A DNA stretch of 43,869 nt from Dehalococcoidia bacterium (lineage in GTDB: Bacteria > Chloroflexota > Dehalococcoidia > DSTF01 > RBG-16-68-14): NCBI GenBank assembly GCA_040882355.1, contig JBBEBM010000009.1, positions 1 to 43,869 on the forward strand, given 5' to 3'. The position numbers were made by a program, and so were the translations under genes. The notes beneath the pieces are model-generated. The model worked only from the letters and a program-made list of their open reading frames with translations. It was not told the DNA's origin and did no database searches. Below are positions 9,964-18,827 of this stretch, in pieces. How positions within the stretch are numbered: position 1 is the first letter of the stretch; each line of letters begins with the position of its first letter.

Positions 9964-10827
9964 ATGGCCTTCCCCAAGGATTCTGAACTTCAGACTGCGA
10001 TACTCGAAGAAGTGGCCGCCGCGGGCGGTCGTGTCAAGCCGTCCACAATCTACGAAAAGGTTGTCTCCCGCTTCAACCTGACTCCCGAGGACAGGGCGAT
10101 CTTTTACGCTGGCGACCAGAGGACACCCAAGTGGGTTAAGCTTCAACAGTGGGCTAGGCAGGCCCTGGTTCAGAAAGGCGAACTTGACCCCAAGGTGAAG
10201 GGGGAGTGGGTCATCACTCCGAAGGGGCTGGCACGCATAGGGCGGGCTGCAACCGCGCCCGCGCCGGCAGCCAAGCAGGCTCCACCGCCGGCTCCTCCTC
10301 CGCCAGCAGTTACGCCGGAAGTCACACCCACGATTGCCAGGCTTGCCGCAGACCAGGAGACCACCGTTCGGGAGGCCCTGCTGACCCACATATACCAACT
10401 GTCGCCGGCGGAGTTCGAGCAGCTAGTCGGCCGGGTCCTCGAAGCGATGGGCTTCCCTCAAGTGACCGTAACGGGGCGCACGGGTGATGGAGGCGTCGAT
10501 GGCGAGTGCGAGATGCCCCTCCTCGATCTCAAGGCGGCGTTCCAGGCGAAACGTTACACGACCAACTCAGTAGGCGGGCCGCTGATGGCACAGTTTCGAG
10601 GCCAGATCACGGGCCGATTTGACCGCGGCATCTACATCACCGCTTCGACTTTCACGCAAGGCGCCCGTGAGATGGCAGAGCAACCTGGCGGCGTCAAGAT
10701 CATCTTGATCGATGGCGAGGGGCTGGTGGACCTCATGATGAAGCACAGTCTGGGCGTTCGGTCTGAACCCTTGGCCTTGAAGCAGATCGATGAGACGTTC
10801 TTTGCCCGGCTGTCGAGCCAAGACTAG
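9964..10827 (+). CDS. mrr: Mrr-family (type IV) restriction endonuclease, N-terminal winged helix plus catalytic domain
   Basis: WARQALV...GEWVITPKG N-domain; FEQLV...MGF, TGDGGVDG, QAKRY, GIYITASTFT, LIDG; TGnTACAAT -10 at about 9929-9937. Confidence 0.9.
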   Translation: MAFPKDSELQTAILEEVAAAGGRVKPSTIYEKVVSRFNLTPEDRAIFYAGDQRTPKWVKLQQWARQALVQKGELDPKVKGEWVITPKGLARIGRAATAPAPAAKQAPPPAPPPPAVTPEVTPTIARLAADQETTVREALLTHIYQLSPAEFEQLVGRVLEAMGFPQVTVTGRTGDGGVDGECEMPLLDLKAAFQAKRYTTNSVGGPLMAQFRGQITGRFDRGIYITASTFTQGAREMAEQPGGVKIILIDGEGLVDLMMKHSLGVRSEPLALKQIDETFFARLSSQD

Positions 10828-10886
10828 TATAGTGGGGCAGTCGCTCCGTAGTACGACTGTTTGGCGTCGGCTCTGGAAGCAAGGTC

Positions 10887-11036
10887 ATGCCCAATAGACT
10901 GGCAGTGGTCCTCGGCGCAGGTGCCTCGCATGACGTGATTCCATATGTTGATCGTGGAAGGCAGCCACTAGGAACGATTGATAGCAAGGATCACCAACCC
11001 CCGTTGACTATGGGCGTGTTCGCTGACAGCCCGTGA
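10887..11036 (+). pseudogene. Truncated N-terminus of a SIR2-like protein (49 aa)
   Basis: MPNRLAVVLGAGASHD...PPLTMGVF matches the SIR2-type GAGxS loop; the stop TGA is the first three bases of the IS-like end. Confidence 0.65.
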
Positions 11037-11058
11037 CCTGCCCCCGACCGGTGGACCA
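11034..11058 (-). mobile_element. Isolated IS3-family-like terminal repeat
   Basis: Minus strand reads TGGTCCACCGGTCGGGGGCAGGTCA, resembling IS3-family ends recalled from memory; no partner end or transposase seen. Confidence 0.5.
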
Positions 11059-11280
11059 GCGGGCCTCGATTTTTGAACTTCGAGCGCCGAGACCTTCCCC
11101 TCTCTGCTGCCACCACCCCCTTCGCGCTCTTCCGGGCCTGCCTTACCTTAGCCCTGGATAATCCGGCCTGGGCATGCCCCGCTCAGCGCCCGGCCGCCAG
11201 ATTCGAGCCGGGGAGGAGATCTGCCGTGTCCAGCCAGAAGGAGGCGATTTTGCTGAACCAATGCCATCTTCTGCAGCAGG

Positions 11281-11306
11281 CCTGCCCTCTAGCGAAGCGA
11301 AGGGTC
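11281..11306. repeat. Short repeat CCTGCCCTCxAGCGxAGCGAAGGGTC, intergenic copy
   Basis: 24/26 identical to the copy at 12087-12112. Confidence 0.65.
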
Positions 11307-11356
11307 TGGGAGAAGGGCGGCCGCGTTTCCCCTTGGAAGCTGAGGGTTTCCAACCC

Positions 11357-11857
11357 TCAGGCGTGTCCAACCAGCGCCTGGCCGCCCGCCGTCAGGTACG
11401 CGTCCAGCGTGTCGCGGATACCGGTGACGAGGGTGTTCAAGCCGGGGTTGTCGGCGACCAACGCGAGCACGTCGTCGCTTACGAACTGGTCGCGATAGTC
11501 GCGCGCGGCGATCCAGCGGTGCTCGGAGTGCTCGAAGTTGAGCTGCGGCTCGGCGCCGGCTGGGACGTCGCAGGTGTAGGTGAGCGCGAGCGCGGGCGTG
11601 CCGTCGGGCTGGCGGGTGTGCCAGACGCGAAAGAGGCGCAGGTTGTCGACCTCCAGGCCGGCCTCCTCGCGGATCTCGCGCCGGATGCCGTCCTCCGGGC
11701 TCTCGTCTTCTTCAAGCCCGCCGCCGGGGAAGTACCACGCGCCCGACACCGCGCCGGCGGCGCGCTTCATGATCAGGATCTCGTCGCCGCGCCGAACGAG
11801 CGCGCCCAGGTGGACGTGGAAGCGCACCGGCTGCCAGGAGTCTTCTTCGTTGGTCAT
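11357..11857 (-). CDS. NUDIX hydrolase
   Basis: Nudix box PGGGLEEDESPEDGIRREIREEAGL, EHSEHRW; GGAGG RBS. Confidence 0.92.
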   Translation of the reverse strand: MTNEEDSWQPVRFHVHLGALVRRGDEILIMKRAAGAVSGAWYFPGGGLEEDESPEDGIRREIREEAGLEVDNLRLFRVWHTRQPDGTPALALTYTCDVPAGAEPQLNFEHSEHRWIAARDYRDQFVSDDVLALVADNPGLNTLVTGIRDTLDAYLTAGGQALVGHA

Positions 11858-11905
11858 GGGGCACCTCCAGTGACGTCGACGGTATCGTCTTCTCGCACGA
11901 CCGCC

Positions 11906-11956
11906 AGATTCTCCGCTCACGGTCGACTGTCGCCGACCTTGCCGCTCAGAATGACA
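11906..11956. repeat. REP-like half element AGATTCT...CGCTCAGAATGACA (same family as 8347-8440)
   Basis: Matches the left arm of the 8347 element; contains a GGTCG/CGACC hairpin. Confidence 0.6.
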
Positions 11957-11962
11957 GGGGTG

Positions 11963-12736
11963 CTACACCTCTCTTCTGCCTACGACCGGTATGACCGCCC
12001 CGCTTACGAACGACGCCCGCTCGGAGCAGAGGAACGCGACGACCTCTGCCACGTCCTGCGGCGTCGACACGTTCGACGCTTCCGCACCTGCCCTCGAGCG
12101 CAGCGAAGGGTCGTGGGCGGCGAGGCGCTGCGCCTGCTCGAGCGTGACGTACTCGATCGGGCCGGGCGCGACGGCGTTCACCGTCACGCCGTGCGCCAGC
12201 TCACGCGGGCCGAGCGTGCGCGCAAGCCAGTGACGCGCCGCCTTGCCGAGCGGGTAGTCGAGCGGCGCGTCGGGCGGGCCAAACGGCCAGCCGTCCGCGC
12301 GCAGCCCGCCGATCAGCACGACGCGACCCCAGCCGCGACGTCGCATGCCCGGCAACGACGCCCGCAGCAGCGCGTAGGCAGCGTCGATCTCCTCCGACAT
12401 GACGCCACGCCAGTGGGCGGGCTCGATCTCCGGCAGGTCGCGCGGCTCCCAGGAGCCGCCCGCGCTGCAGACGGCGATGTCGAGCCGGCCGAAGTGCGCC
12501 TCCGCGGCGTCGACCATCGCGCGCACGGCCTCGGCGTCCGCGACGTCGCACTGGTGGACGAGCGCGCGCCGGCCCATCGTTTCGATGACCTGCGCGACCT
12601 GCTCGGCGCGCTCGCGCTTCTCCTTGAAGTTGACGACGATGCCGGCGCCCTCGCGCGCCAGGGTCAGGGCGATGCTCCGGCCCATCCCGTTCCCGGACGC
12701 GCCGGTCACCAGCGCGACGCGACCCTCCAGCTCCAT
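11963..12736 (-). CDS. SDR family oxidoreductase (FabG-like)
   Basis: VALVTGASGNGMG, CDV, YPLGK (YxxxK), VTVNAVAPG, VAFLCS...FVSG. Confidence 0.9.
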   Translation of the reverse strand: MELEGRVALVTGASGNGMGRSIALTLAREGAGIVVNFKEKRERAEQVAQVIETMGRRALVHQCDVADAEAVRAMVDAAEAHFGRLDIAVCSAGGSWEPRDLPEIEPAHWRGVMSEEIDAAYALLRASLPGMRRRGWGRVVLIGGLRADGWPFGPPDAPLDYPLGKAARHWLARTLGPRELAHGVTVNAVAPGPIEYVTLEQAQRLAAHDPSLRSRAGAEASNVSTPQDVAEVVAFLCSERASFVSGAVIPVVGRREV

Positions 12737-12804
12737 CGCCGGGCAGCGTACCACGGGGTGGTTGGGCTGGCCACAGATGGGCCGGTTAATTGGCGGGGAC
12801 CGCC

Positions 12805-12833
12805 TTGCACCACCCCTGACGCCGACGCATACT
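12805..12833 (+). promoter_or_regulatory. Sigma70-type promoter, probably giving a leaderless SDR mRNA
   Basis: TTGCAC-17 nt-CATACT, then 7 nt to ATG 12841; no SD. Confidence 0.6.
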
Positions 12834-12840
12834 GCGCCCG

Positions 12841-13608
12841 ATGGCAGAGCGACCGTTCGCGGGCAAGGTGGCGCTGGTCACCGGCGGCAGCCGGGGCATC
12901 GGGCGCGCCTGCGTCCTCAAGCTCGCCCAGCTTGGCGCGGACGTCGCCGTCAACTACTCGCGCAGCGCCGAGGACGCCGAGGCGACGGCGCACGAGGCTG
13001 CGGCGCTCGGAGTGCGCGCGGCCACGCTGCAGGCGGACATGGGCGACCAGAAGGCCGTCCACGAGCTGTTCGGACGCGTCGCCCAGGAGTTCGGCCGGCT
13101 GGACGCGCTGGTGAACAGCGCCGCGCGCGGGCTGGAGCGGCCTCGCGGCGCGCTTGAGTCGCTGCCCAAGCACCTGCGCCACACGATGGACGTCAACCTC
13201 TTCGGGCCGTGGTTCTGCGCCCAGGAGGCGGCGAAGCTCATAGCCGGGGGCGGCGCGATCGTCAACCTGCTCAGCCCGGGCGCGGAACGTTACCTGCCCC
13301 GTTACGCTGCCGTCGGCGTTTCGAAGGGGGCGCTGGCCACGCTCACCACGTACCTCGCGGTCGAGCTCGCCCCGCGCGGCATTCGCGTCAACGGCGTCTC
13401 GGCGGGGCTGGTCGATGACACCGACGGCGTGCGCATGCTGCCAGAGGAGCTGCTCGAACGCTATCGAGAGCGCGTGCCGGCAGGCCGCCTCGTGCGACCG
13501 GAGGAGGTCGCGGACGCGGTCGCCTTCCTCTGTTCGGATGCTGCGGCTATGATCGTCGGGCAGGTGTTGCTGGTGGACGGCGGCTACACGCTTGTCGGCG
13601 TGCTGTAG
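12841..13608 (+). CDS. SDR family oxidoreductase (FabL / enoyl-ACP reductase-like)
   Basis: TGGSRGIG, VNSAA, YAAVGVSK (Yx6K), GIRVNGVSAG, VDGG. Confidence 0.9.
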   Translation: MAERPFAGKVALVTGGSRGIGRACVLKLAQLGADVAVNYSRSAEDAEATAHEAAALGVRAATLQADMGDQKAVHELFGRVAQEFGRLDALVNSAARGLERPRGALESLPKHLRHTMDVNLFGPWFCAQEAAKLIAGGGAIVNLLSPGAERYLPRYAAVGVSKGALATLTTYLAVELAPRGIRVNGVSAGLVDDTDGVRMLPEELLERYRERVPAGRLVRPEEVADAVAFLCSDAAAMIVGQVLLVDGGYTLVGVL

Positions 13609-13609
13609 C

Positions 13610-14419
13610 CTAAGCGGCAGCGCGCTGTTCAGCAGGCTGCGCCTCGCCTGCCGACCTCAACACTTCGTCGAGGGGCATCAGGCGCTGGTGGGCGGCGGCG
13701 AAGATCTCGTTCGGCTGCTCACCGTCCCTGCCGAACGTGCTCCCGCCGATGCGGCAGCCCGCGAACGCGCCTTCGCCGTCAGTCGTGGACAGTGACCGGG
13801 CAAGGCGGTGCATGATGCTCGGTCGCGCTTCCTGCGGCGCGCCCGCTGACAGCACCCATACCTCGCGCGGCCAAAAGTCGCCGACCACGTCCTCAGAGCG
13901 GATCGTGTTGCGCACGACCATCGCCGCGTACTGACGGACGTTCTCAGTGTCCTGGAGCAGTGGCCGTTGTTCGTCGGACATCTCTTGAGTAGGCAGTTGC
14001 ATGACGATCAGCGAAAAGACCTGGCGCCGGTCCTTGCGCGCCCGACGGCACTCCGCGGCCAGGCGGCTGTGGAACTGCTGGGGGCCGCGGATGAGCTGGC
14101 CCGCGCCGAAGAGCACGCGCAGGAACTCGGGCAGCGGCTCGTTTCTGAACTGGGGCGCCCAGACCAGCGCGAAGAGCAGCGTCGCGACCGCCGAGGCGAA
14201 CCCCATGATCATGAGCACGAACGTGGCGGGCGTGTAGTCTTCGGCCCGCATGCCCCACGGCAGGCCCGGCAGCGCCCAGGCGGTGAGGCCAAGGTTGAGC
14301 AGGAAGACGCCGAGGAACGACAGGCGCATGAGCAGAAACCGAAGCCGCTCGGCTCGGATCTGCCCAACAACAATACGAACGCCGCCTGCCTTGGCCATGG
14401 CGGCGCGCGACATCTCCAC
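13610..14419 (-). CDS. Two-TM membrane protein with degenerate GGDEF-like domain; start uncertain
   Basis: Two hydrophobic helices, then RLAAECRRARK...FSLIVM, IRSEDVV, IGGSTFGRDG...IFAAA pattern typical of the GGDEF fold. Confidence 0.65.
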   Translation of the reverse strand: MEMSRAAMAKAGGVRIVVGQIRAERLRFLLMRLSFLGVFLLNLGLTAWALPGLPWGMRAEDYTPATFVLMIMGFASAVATLLFALVWAPQFRNEPLPEFLRVLFGAGQLIRGPQQFHSRLAAECRRARKDRRQVFSLIVMQLPTQEMSDEQRPLLQDTENVRQYAAMVVRNTIRSEDVVGDFWPREVWVLSAGAPQEARPSIMHRLARSLSTTDGEGAFAGCRIGGSTFGRDGEQPNEIFAAAHQRLMPLDEVLRSAGEAQPAEQRAAA

Positions 14420-14616
14420 TGGCGCGCTCTCCTCTCGGCCGATAAGAATGCCCCTCACATCACACAAGGGTTGCTATGGTCAGTATCGTCCACTGGGGGG
14501 CGAGGTAGCAGGCCAGCCAAATGGCGTAGGCATGTTCCTGAAGGAAGGCCTCCAGCTCCCCTATCCGGCCTTCGAACTCGGTGCTACACTGGGGCTTCAA
14601 GGGAGCGCCCGAAGCC

Positions 14617-15246
14617 ATGACCGTCGCAGAAGAAGACCGAGGCCATCGTTGGTTCGCCGCGATGTACGACCGGATCACCGGCCCGGGCGAGCGGCGCCTG
14701 CTGGGCAAGGTCCGCCCTCGCATCGTCGGCGACCTCCAGGGCCGCGTGCTCGAGATCGGCGTCGGCACCGGCGCCAGCTTCGAGCACTACCCTTCGCAGG
14801 CGCGTGTCACAGGCATCGAGCCCGACCCGTACATGCTCGAACGCGCCCGCCGCCGCCTCGCCGGGCTGGGCGTAACGAACATCGAGCTGCAACAGGCGCC
14901 CGCCGAGCAGCTCCCGTTCGACGACGCCTCCTTCGACCACGTCGTCAGCACGCTGGTGCTCTGCACGGTGCGCGACCAGCCCCGCGCGCTGGCCGAGGCG
15001 CGACGCGTGCTCAAGACGGACGGCACGCTCCGCTTCCTGGAGCACGTCCGCAACGACGAAAACGGCTTCTGGGGCACAACACAGGACCTGATCGCGCCGG
15101 CCTGGCGCTGGTTCGGCGCCGGCTGCAGCCCGAACCGGAGCACGCAGCGCGGCATCGAGCAGGCTGGCTTTCACGTCGAGTGGGTCGAACGGATACGCAT
15201 CGCGCCGGGCACGCCCGCCATCTACGGTGTGGCGCGACCCGGCTAA
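14617..15246 (+). CDS. Class I SAM-dependent methyltransferase
   Basis: VLEIGVGTG, GIEPD, AEQLPFDDASFD, LVLCTV, FLEHV; TGnTACACT -10 upstream. Confidence 0.92.
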   Translation: MTVAEEDRGHRWFAAMYDRITGPGERRLLGKVRPRIVGDLQGRVLEIGVGTGASFEHYPSQARVTGIEPDPYMLERARRRLAGLGVTNIELQQAPAEQLPFDDASFDHVVSTLVLCTVRDQPRALAEARRVLKTDGTLRFLEHVRNDENGFWGTTQDLIAPAWRWFGAGCSPNRSTQRGIEQAGFHVEWVERIRIAPGTPAIYGVARPG

Positions 15247-15260
15247 GAAGGAGTGTCGCT

Positions 15261-15827
15261 ATGCCTGTGGAACGCGTCCAGCAGGTGATCGACCGCATTA
15301 CGAGCGAACGCGAGCGCTTCGTCGAGTTCATCCGGGGCGTGCCTGAGGACCAGTGGCGTAACACCTCGCCTGAAGGCATCTGGCAGGCGCGCGACTACGT
15401 CGCTCACCTCTCGTCCATCGACCCGCTGATCACCGCCTGGTTTCGCTCCCTCCAGCGCGGCGAAGGATGGCCGGAGTACGGCGGCGACGGGCCCTTCCAG
15501 ATCGACGACTGGAACGAGGAGCAGATCCTCGCCCGGCGCGAACACACCATCGACGCCCTGCTGGAGGAGATGGCGCGCTCCCGCGACGAGCTGATCGCGG
15601 CGCTGGGCGACTTCACCGACGAGCAGATCGATCGGACGATCCACTTCGGCGGGGACCGCAAGCGCGCCCCGCGAGAGATCCCCCTCCACGCCTACCTGCA
15701 GTTCTGGGCCTTCCACGACCGCTGGCACACCGAGGACGCGCGCCGCGCCATCGCCGGCGAGACGGAGCAGCCGTTCGGCGACGCCGCCTTCGCCCGCTCG
15801 GCGCAGGGCGAACTCGCCGGCTCGTGA
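15261..15827 (+). CDS. DinB / maleylpyruvate isomerase N-terminal superfamily protein
   Basis: W..RDYVAHL, DDWNE, HDRWH metal-binding pattern; AAGGAG RBS. Confidence 0.8.
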   Translation: MPVERVQQVIDRITSERERFVEFIRGVPEDQWRNTSPEGIWQARDYVAHLSSIDPLITAWFRSLQRGEGWPEYGGDGPFQIDDWNEEQILARREHTIDALLEEMARSRDELIAALGDFTDEQIDRTIHFGGDRKRAPREIPLHAYLQFWAFHDRWHTEDARRAIAGETEQPFGDAAFARSAQGELAGS

Positions 15828-17104
15828 CGCAGGACGCCGCCTTCGTCGAGCTGCCCGCCCAGCGGGTGCCCGTCGTCGCCCGCTGCGACGTGCTCGCCGT
15901 CGGCGGCGGCGCGGCCGGGCTCTCGGCAGCCATCGCCGCGCGACGTCAGGGCGCCGACGTCATTCTCGTCGAGCGGTACGGCTACCTCGGCGGTCTCGCC
16001 TCGGGTGGGCTGATCGTGCTCCTCCTCACGCTCGACGACGGCGCCGGCCGCCAGGTCGTCGCGGGCCTCTGCCAGGAGCTGGTCGAACGGCTGGAGGCGC
16101 GCGACGCCTGCTTCTACCCGCCGCGCGATGAATGGGGCGACCCAAACCCAGAGCTGGTGGAGCGCTATCGACGCTGGGGGCTCGTCTGGGGCTCCGCGCC
16201 GCACAAGGTGCGCTACTCCGTCGCCTACGATCCTGAGGAGTTCAAGTCCGTCGCGAACCAGTGGGTGCGGGAGGCGGGCGTCCGCCTGCTCTACCATCGC
16301 TGGGCATCCGACGTCGTCCTCGACGGCGACCGCGTCACGCACGTCGTTTTCACATCGAAGGCCGGCCGCCAGGCGATCGCCTGCGACACCGTCATCGACA
16401 CGACCGGCGACGGCGATCTCTTCGTGCTCGCCGGCGAGCCATTCGAGCTGGAGGAGGTGCACCCCTGGCTCTGGTTCCGCATGTCGGGTATCGAGGACAT
16501 CGATGCCGCGCAGGAGGGGCGCGGCGGCTTCTTTTTTCGCACCGTCAAGCCCGGCCAGGCGCTCATGCCCTGGGGCGCCGCCGAGCGCATCGACCGGCGC
16601 ATCGACGCCACCAACCCTGACGACCTCACGCACGCCGAGCTGGAGTGCCGGCGGATGGTGATGGAGGAGGTCGAGCGGCTGCGCGGGCAGGTCCCCGGGT
16701 TCGAGAACGCCTACCTGACCGACGTCGCGCTCACGCTCGGCATCACCGAGTCGCGACGGCTCGTCGGGCGCTACGTGCTCCAGCGAGACGACATCGACCG
16801 CCCGTTCGACGACGTGATCGCCGTCACCGGCCACTGGACGAAGTACGACTGCACCTACCAGATCCCGTATCGCAGCCTGCTGCCGCAGCGCGTCACGAAC
16901 CTGCTCGCGGCCGGGCGCTGCATCAGCGTCGACCACCGCGCGCACCACGCGACGAAGGAGATCCCGGCCTGCTTCGCCACCGGCGAGGCCGCCGGCATCG
17001 CCGCGTCGCTCTCCCTCAGCCGCGCTGTCCCGTTGCCCGAGGTTGACGTCTCGGTGTTGCAGGCGGCGCTGCGCAAGGCCGGCGCGTGGCTGCCGGAGCC
17101 GTAG
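15824..17104 (+). CDS. FAD-dependent oxidoreductase
   Basis: DVLAVGGGAAGLSAA, ERYGYLGG, IDTTGDGD, ESRR, IPYRSLLP, AGRCIS, GEAAG; GTG start overlaps previous stop. Confidence 0.9.
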   Translation: MTQDAAFVELPAQRVPVVARCDVLAVGGGAAGLSAAIAARRQGADVILVERYGYLGGLASGGLIVLLLTLDDGAGRQVVAGLCQELVERLEARDACFYPPRDEWGDPNPELVERYRRWGLVWGSAPHKVRYSVAYDPEEFKSVANQWVREAGVRLLYHRWASDVVLDGDRVTHVVFTSKAGRQAIACDTVIDTTGDGDLFVLAGEPFELEEVHPWLWFRMSGIEDIDAAQEGRGGFFFRTVKPGQALMPWGAAERIDRRIDATNPDDLTHAELECRRMVMEEVERLRGQVPGFENAYLTDVALTLGITESRRLVGRYVLQRDDIDRPFDDVIAVTGHWTKYDCTYQIPYRSLLPQRVTNLLAAGRCISVDHRAHHATKEIPACFATGEAAGIAASLSLSRAVPLPEVDVSVLQAALRKAGAWLPEP

Positions 17105-17124
17105 CGCAGTGCTCCTTCTTCTCC

Positions 17125-17176
17125 GTGGGACAGGCTTCAGCCTGTCGCGGTGCCGTCAGGCTAAAGCCTGTCCCCC
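17125..17176. repeat. REP-like inverted doublet between convergent genes
   Basis: GTGGGACAGGCTTCAGCCTGTC ... CAGGCTAAAGCCTGTCCCCC; each unit is palindromic. Confidence 0.7.
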
Positions 17177-17184
17177 GCAGGGGG

Positions 17185-17943
17185 TCACCCCATCCGCCGC
17201 CCGGCGGCCATGCCGCCGTCGACGAAGATCATGCCGCCGGTGACGTAGTCCGCCTCGTCCGACGCGAGGAAGAGCGCGACGTCGGCGACGTCCTTCGGCT
17301 CGCCCAGGCGGCCCAGCGGCGCCACCTCGCGGCCCGAGGCCTTGATCGCCTCGACGAGGCCCACGGTCAGCGGCGTCTCGATCACGCCGGGCGCCAGGGC
17401 GTTCACCGTGATGCGATGCGGCCCCAGCTCGATCGCCATCACCTTGGTCAGCATGCGCACCGCCGCCTTCGATGAGTGGTACGCGGCCATGAAGCCCGAC
17501 GCTTGCTCCGCCGCGACCGACGCCATGGTGATGATCCGTCCGCCGTGGCCCTGGCTCACCATCTGGCGCGCCGCCGCCTGACACGAGAAGAAGACGCCGC
17601 TCAGGTTGGTGTCGATGACCGCGTTCCAGTCGTCCTCCGTGACGTCGAGGAACGCCGCCGCCCGCCCGATGCCCGCGTTCGCGACGAAGATGTCGAGCTT
17701 GCCCATCGAATCGATGGTTTCGCGCACGATGCGTTCGCAGTCGGCGCGACTCGTCACGTTCGCTTCGAGCGCGAGGGCGCGGCGCCCCATGCGGCGCGCT
17801 TCGTCCGCCGTCGCCTCGGCGCCCTGGCGGTTCATGTCGGCCGCGACAACGTCGGCGCCCTCTTCTGCGAAACGAACGCAGATGCCGCGACCGATGCCCG
17901 AGCCGCCGCCGGTGACCAGCGCTACCTTGCCCGCGAGACGCAT
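17185..17943 (-). CDS. SDR family oxidoreductase (glucose 1-dehydrogenase/FabG-like)
   Basis: TGGGSGIG, ANAG, YHSSK, ITVNALAPG, VDGG; GGAGG RBS. Confidence 0.93.
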   Translation of the reverse strand: MRLAGKVALVTGGGSGIGRGICVRFAEEGADVVAADMNRQGAEATADEARRMGRRALALEANVTSRADCERIVRETIDSMGKLDIFVANAGIGRAAAFLDVTEDDWNAVIDTNLSGVFFSCQAAARQMVSQGHGGRIITMASVAAEQASGFMAAYHSSKAAVRMLTKVMAIELGPHRITVNALAPGVIETPLTVGLVEAIKASGREVAPLGRLGEPKDVADVALFLASDEADYVTGGMIFVDGGMAAGRRMG

Positions 17944-18006
17944 CGTTCACCTCCGCGCGCCCGTCTGGGTCGCGCGACGCACCATAGCACGAGCGCGGAA
18001 GGCCGT

Positions 18007-18817
18007 CTAGGAAGGCTCGTCGGCGAGGCCGAGGAGCTGCTCGCTGGCGGCGAGGAAGTCGCTCGCCTGCTGGACGAGCCGGCGGGCCTCCTCAGCGCCG
18101 ACTTCATCTCGGTAAGGAGTAGTCAGCCTTGTTGCGCGCAGAGAAGGCGCGGCTGAACGCCTGCCCTAGCGCAGCGGGGAGTCGCTTCGTCTTCACGTAC
18201 CGCTCGTTGAAGGCGCTGATCACGCCTCGATGTCGAGAGAACGCCAGCCCTTACGAGAGCAGCAACGCTGTGGCCGCGTGGAACATCGCGTAGTACGCGC
18301 GGTTGGCCGCCCAACCAGATAGCTTCTCGTTCAGTCCGATCCGCGCACCTTCAAGGGCTTCGTGAGCCCGGCGCAGCACCAGTTCCAGATCATCCTTCTG
18401 AGTGTCCTCATACCGCGGCCGCTCCTCGCGCACACGCGTCGGCCGGCCCGCCGACCACAGCTCGACGCCCTCGCGCCGGATGTTCATGAAGAGCGGCAGC
18501 ATCCGCGTGCGGTAGTCCGTCTCTGTGGCGACGAGCGGCGCGAGCAGCGGGTATTCGAAGTGCTCTTCAAGATCGTAGGCGAGGCTCACCGGCACCTCGT
18601 GTTCCGTCCCGACGTCGAAGTCGTCGCGCAGCACGACCAGCAGGTCTACGTCCGAGCCTTCCTCGTCGGCGTCGCCGCGGGCGCGCGAGCCGTAGAGGAC
18701 GACCGCAGCGAGCCGGTCGCCGTAGTGCGCGAGTACTTTCTCGACGAAGGCGCAGACGGCGCGCTGCCAGGGGGCGTCCCCGCCGATAGCTGGGTTGACG
18801 GTCGCCGCGCTGGTCAT
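18007..18817 (-). pseudogene. MNT-HEPN fusion with HEPN half disrupted (TAA at 18251-18253 and +1 frameshift near 18114)
   Basis: LYGSRARG...SDVDLLVV (MNT); NRAYYAMFHAA, then past the stop GLAFSRHRGVISAF...RNKADY, and in a shifted frame EEARRLVQQASDFL to TAG at 18007. Confidence 0.85.
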
Positions 18818-18827
18818 GCTTGATCGG

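Noticed and set aside
11059..11340. Transposase fragment behind the IS3-like end
   Set aside because: No integrase-core or transposase C-terminal motif was recognised in the frames examined.
5531..17975. 17-mer CGCGCCCGTCTGGGTCG shared by the propeller gene (two places, one with a mismatch) and an SDR leader
   Set aside because: Two copies are propeller blade repeats (PDPDGRG). A rough estimate gives about one chance 17-mer match in 44 kb at this GC content.
18160..18180. CCTGCCCTAGCGCAGCG as a third copy of the 11281/12087 repeat
   Set aside because: It encodes ordinary in-register HEPN sequence (LPAALGQA) and lacks the GAAGGG arm; probably chance.
18251..18253. In-frame stop in HEPN as selenocysteine recoding, given selB in the window
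   Set aside because: The codon is TAA, not TGA, and a separate frameshift follows.
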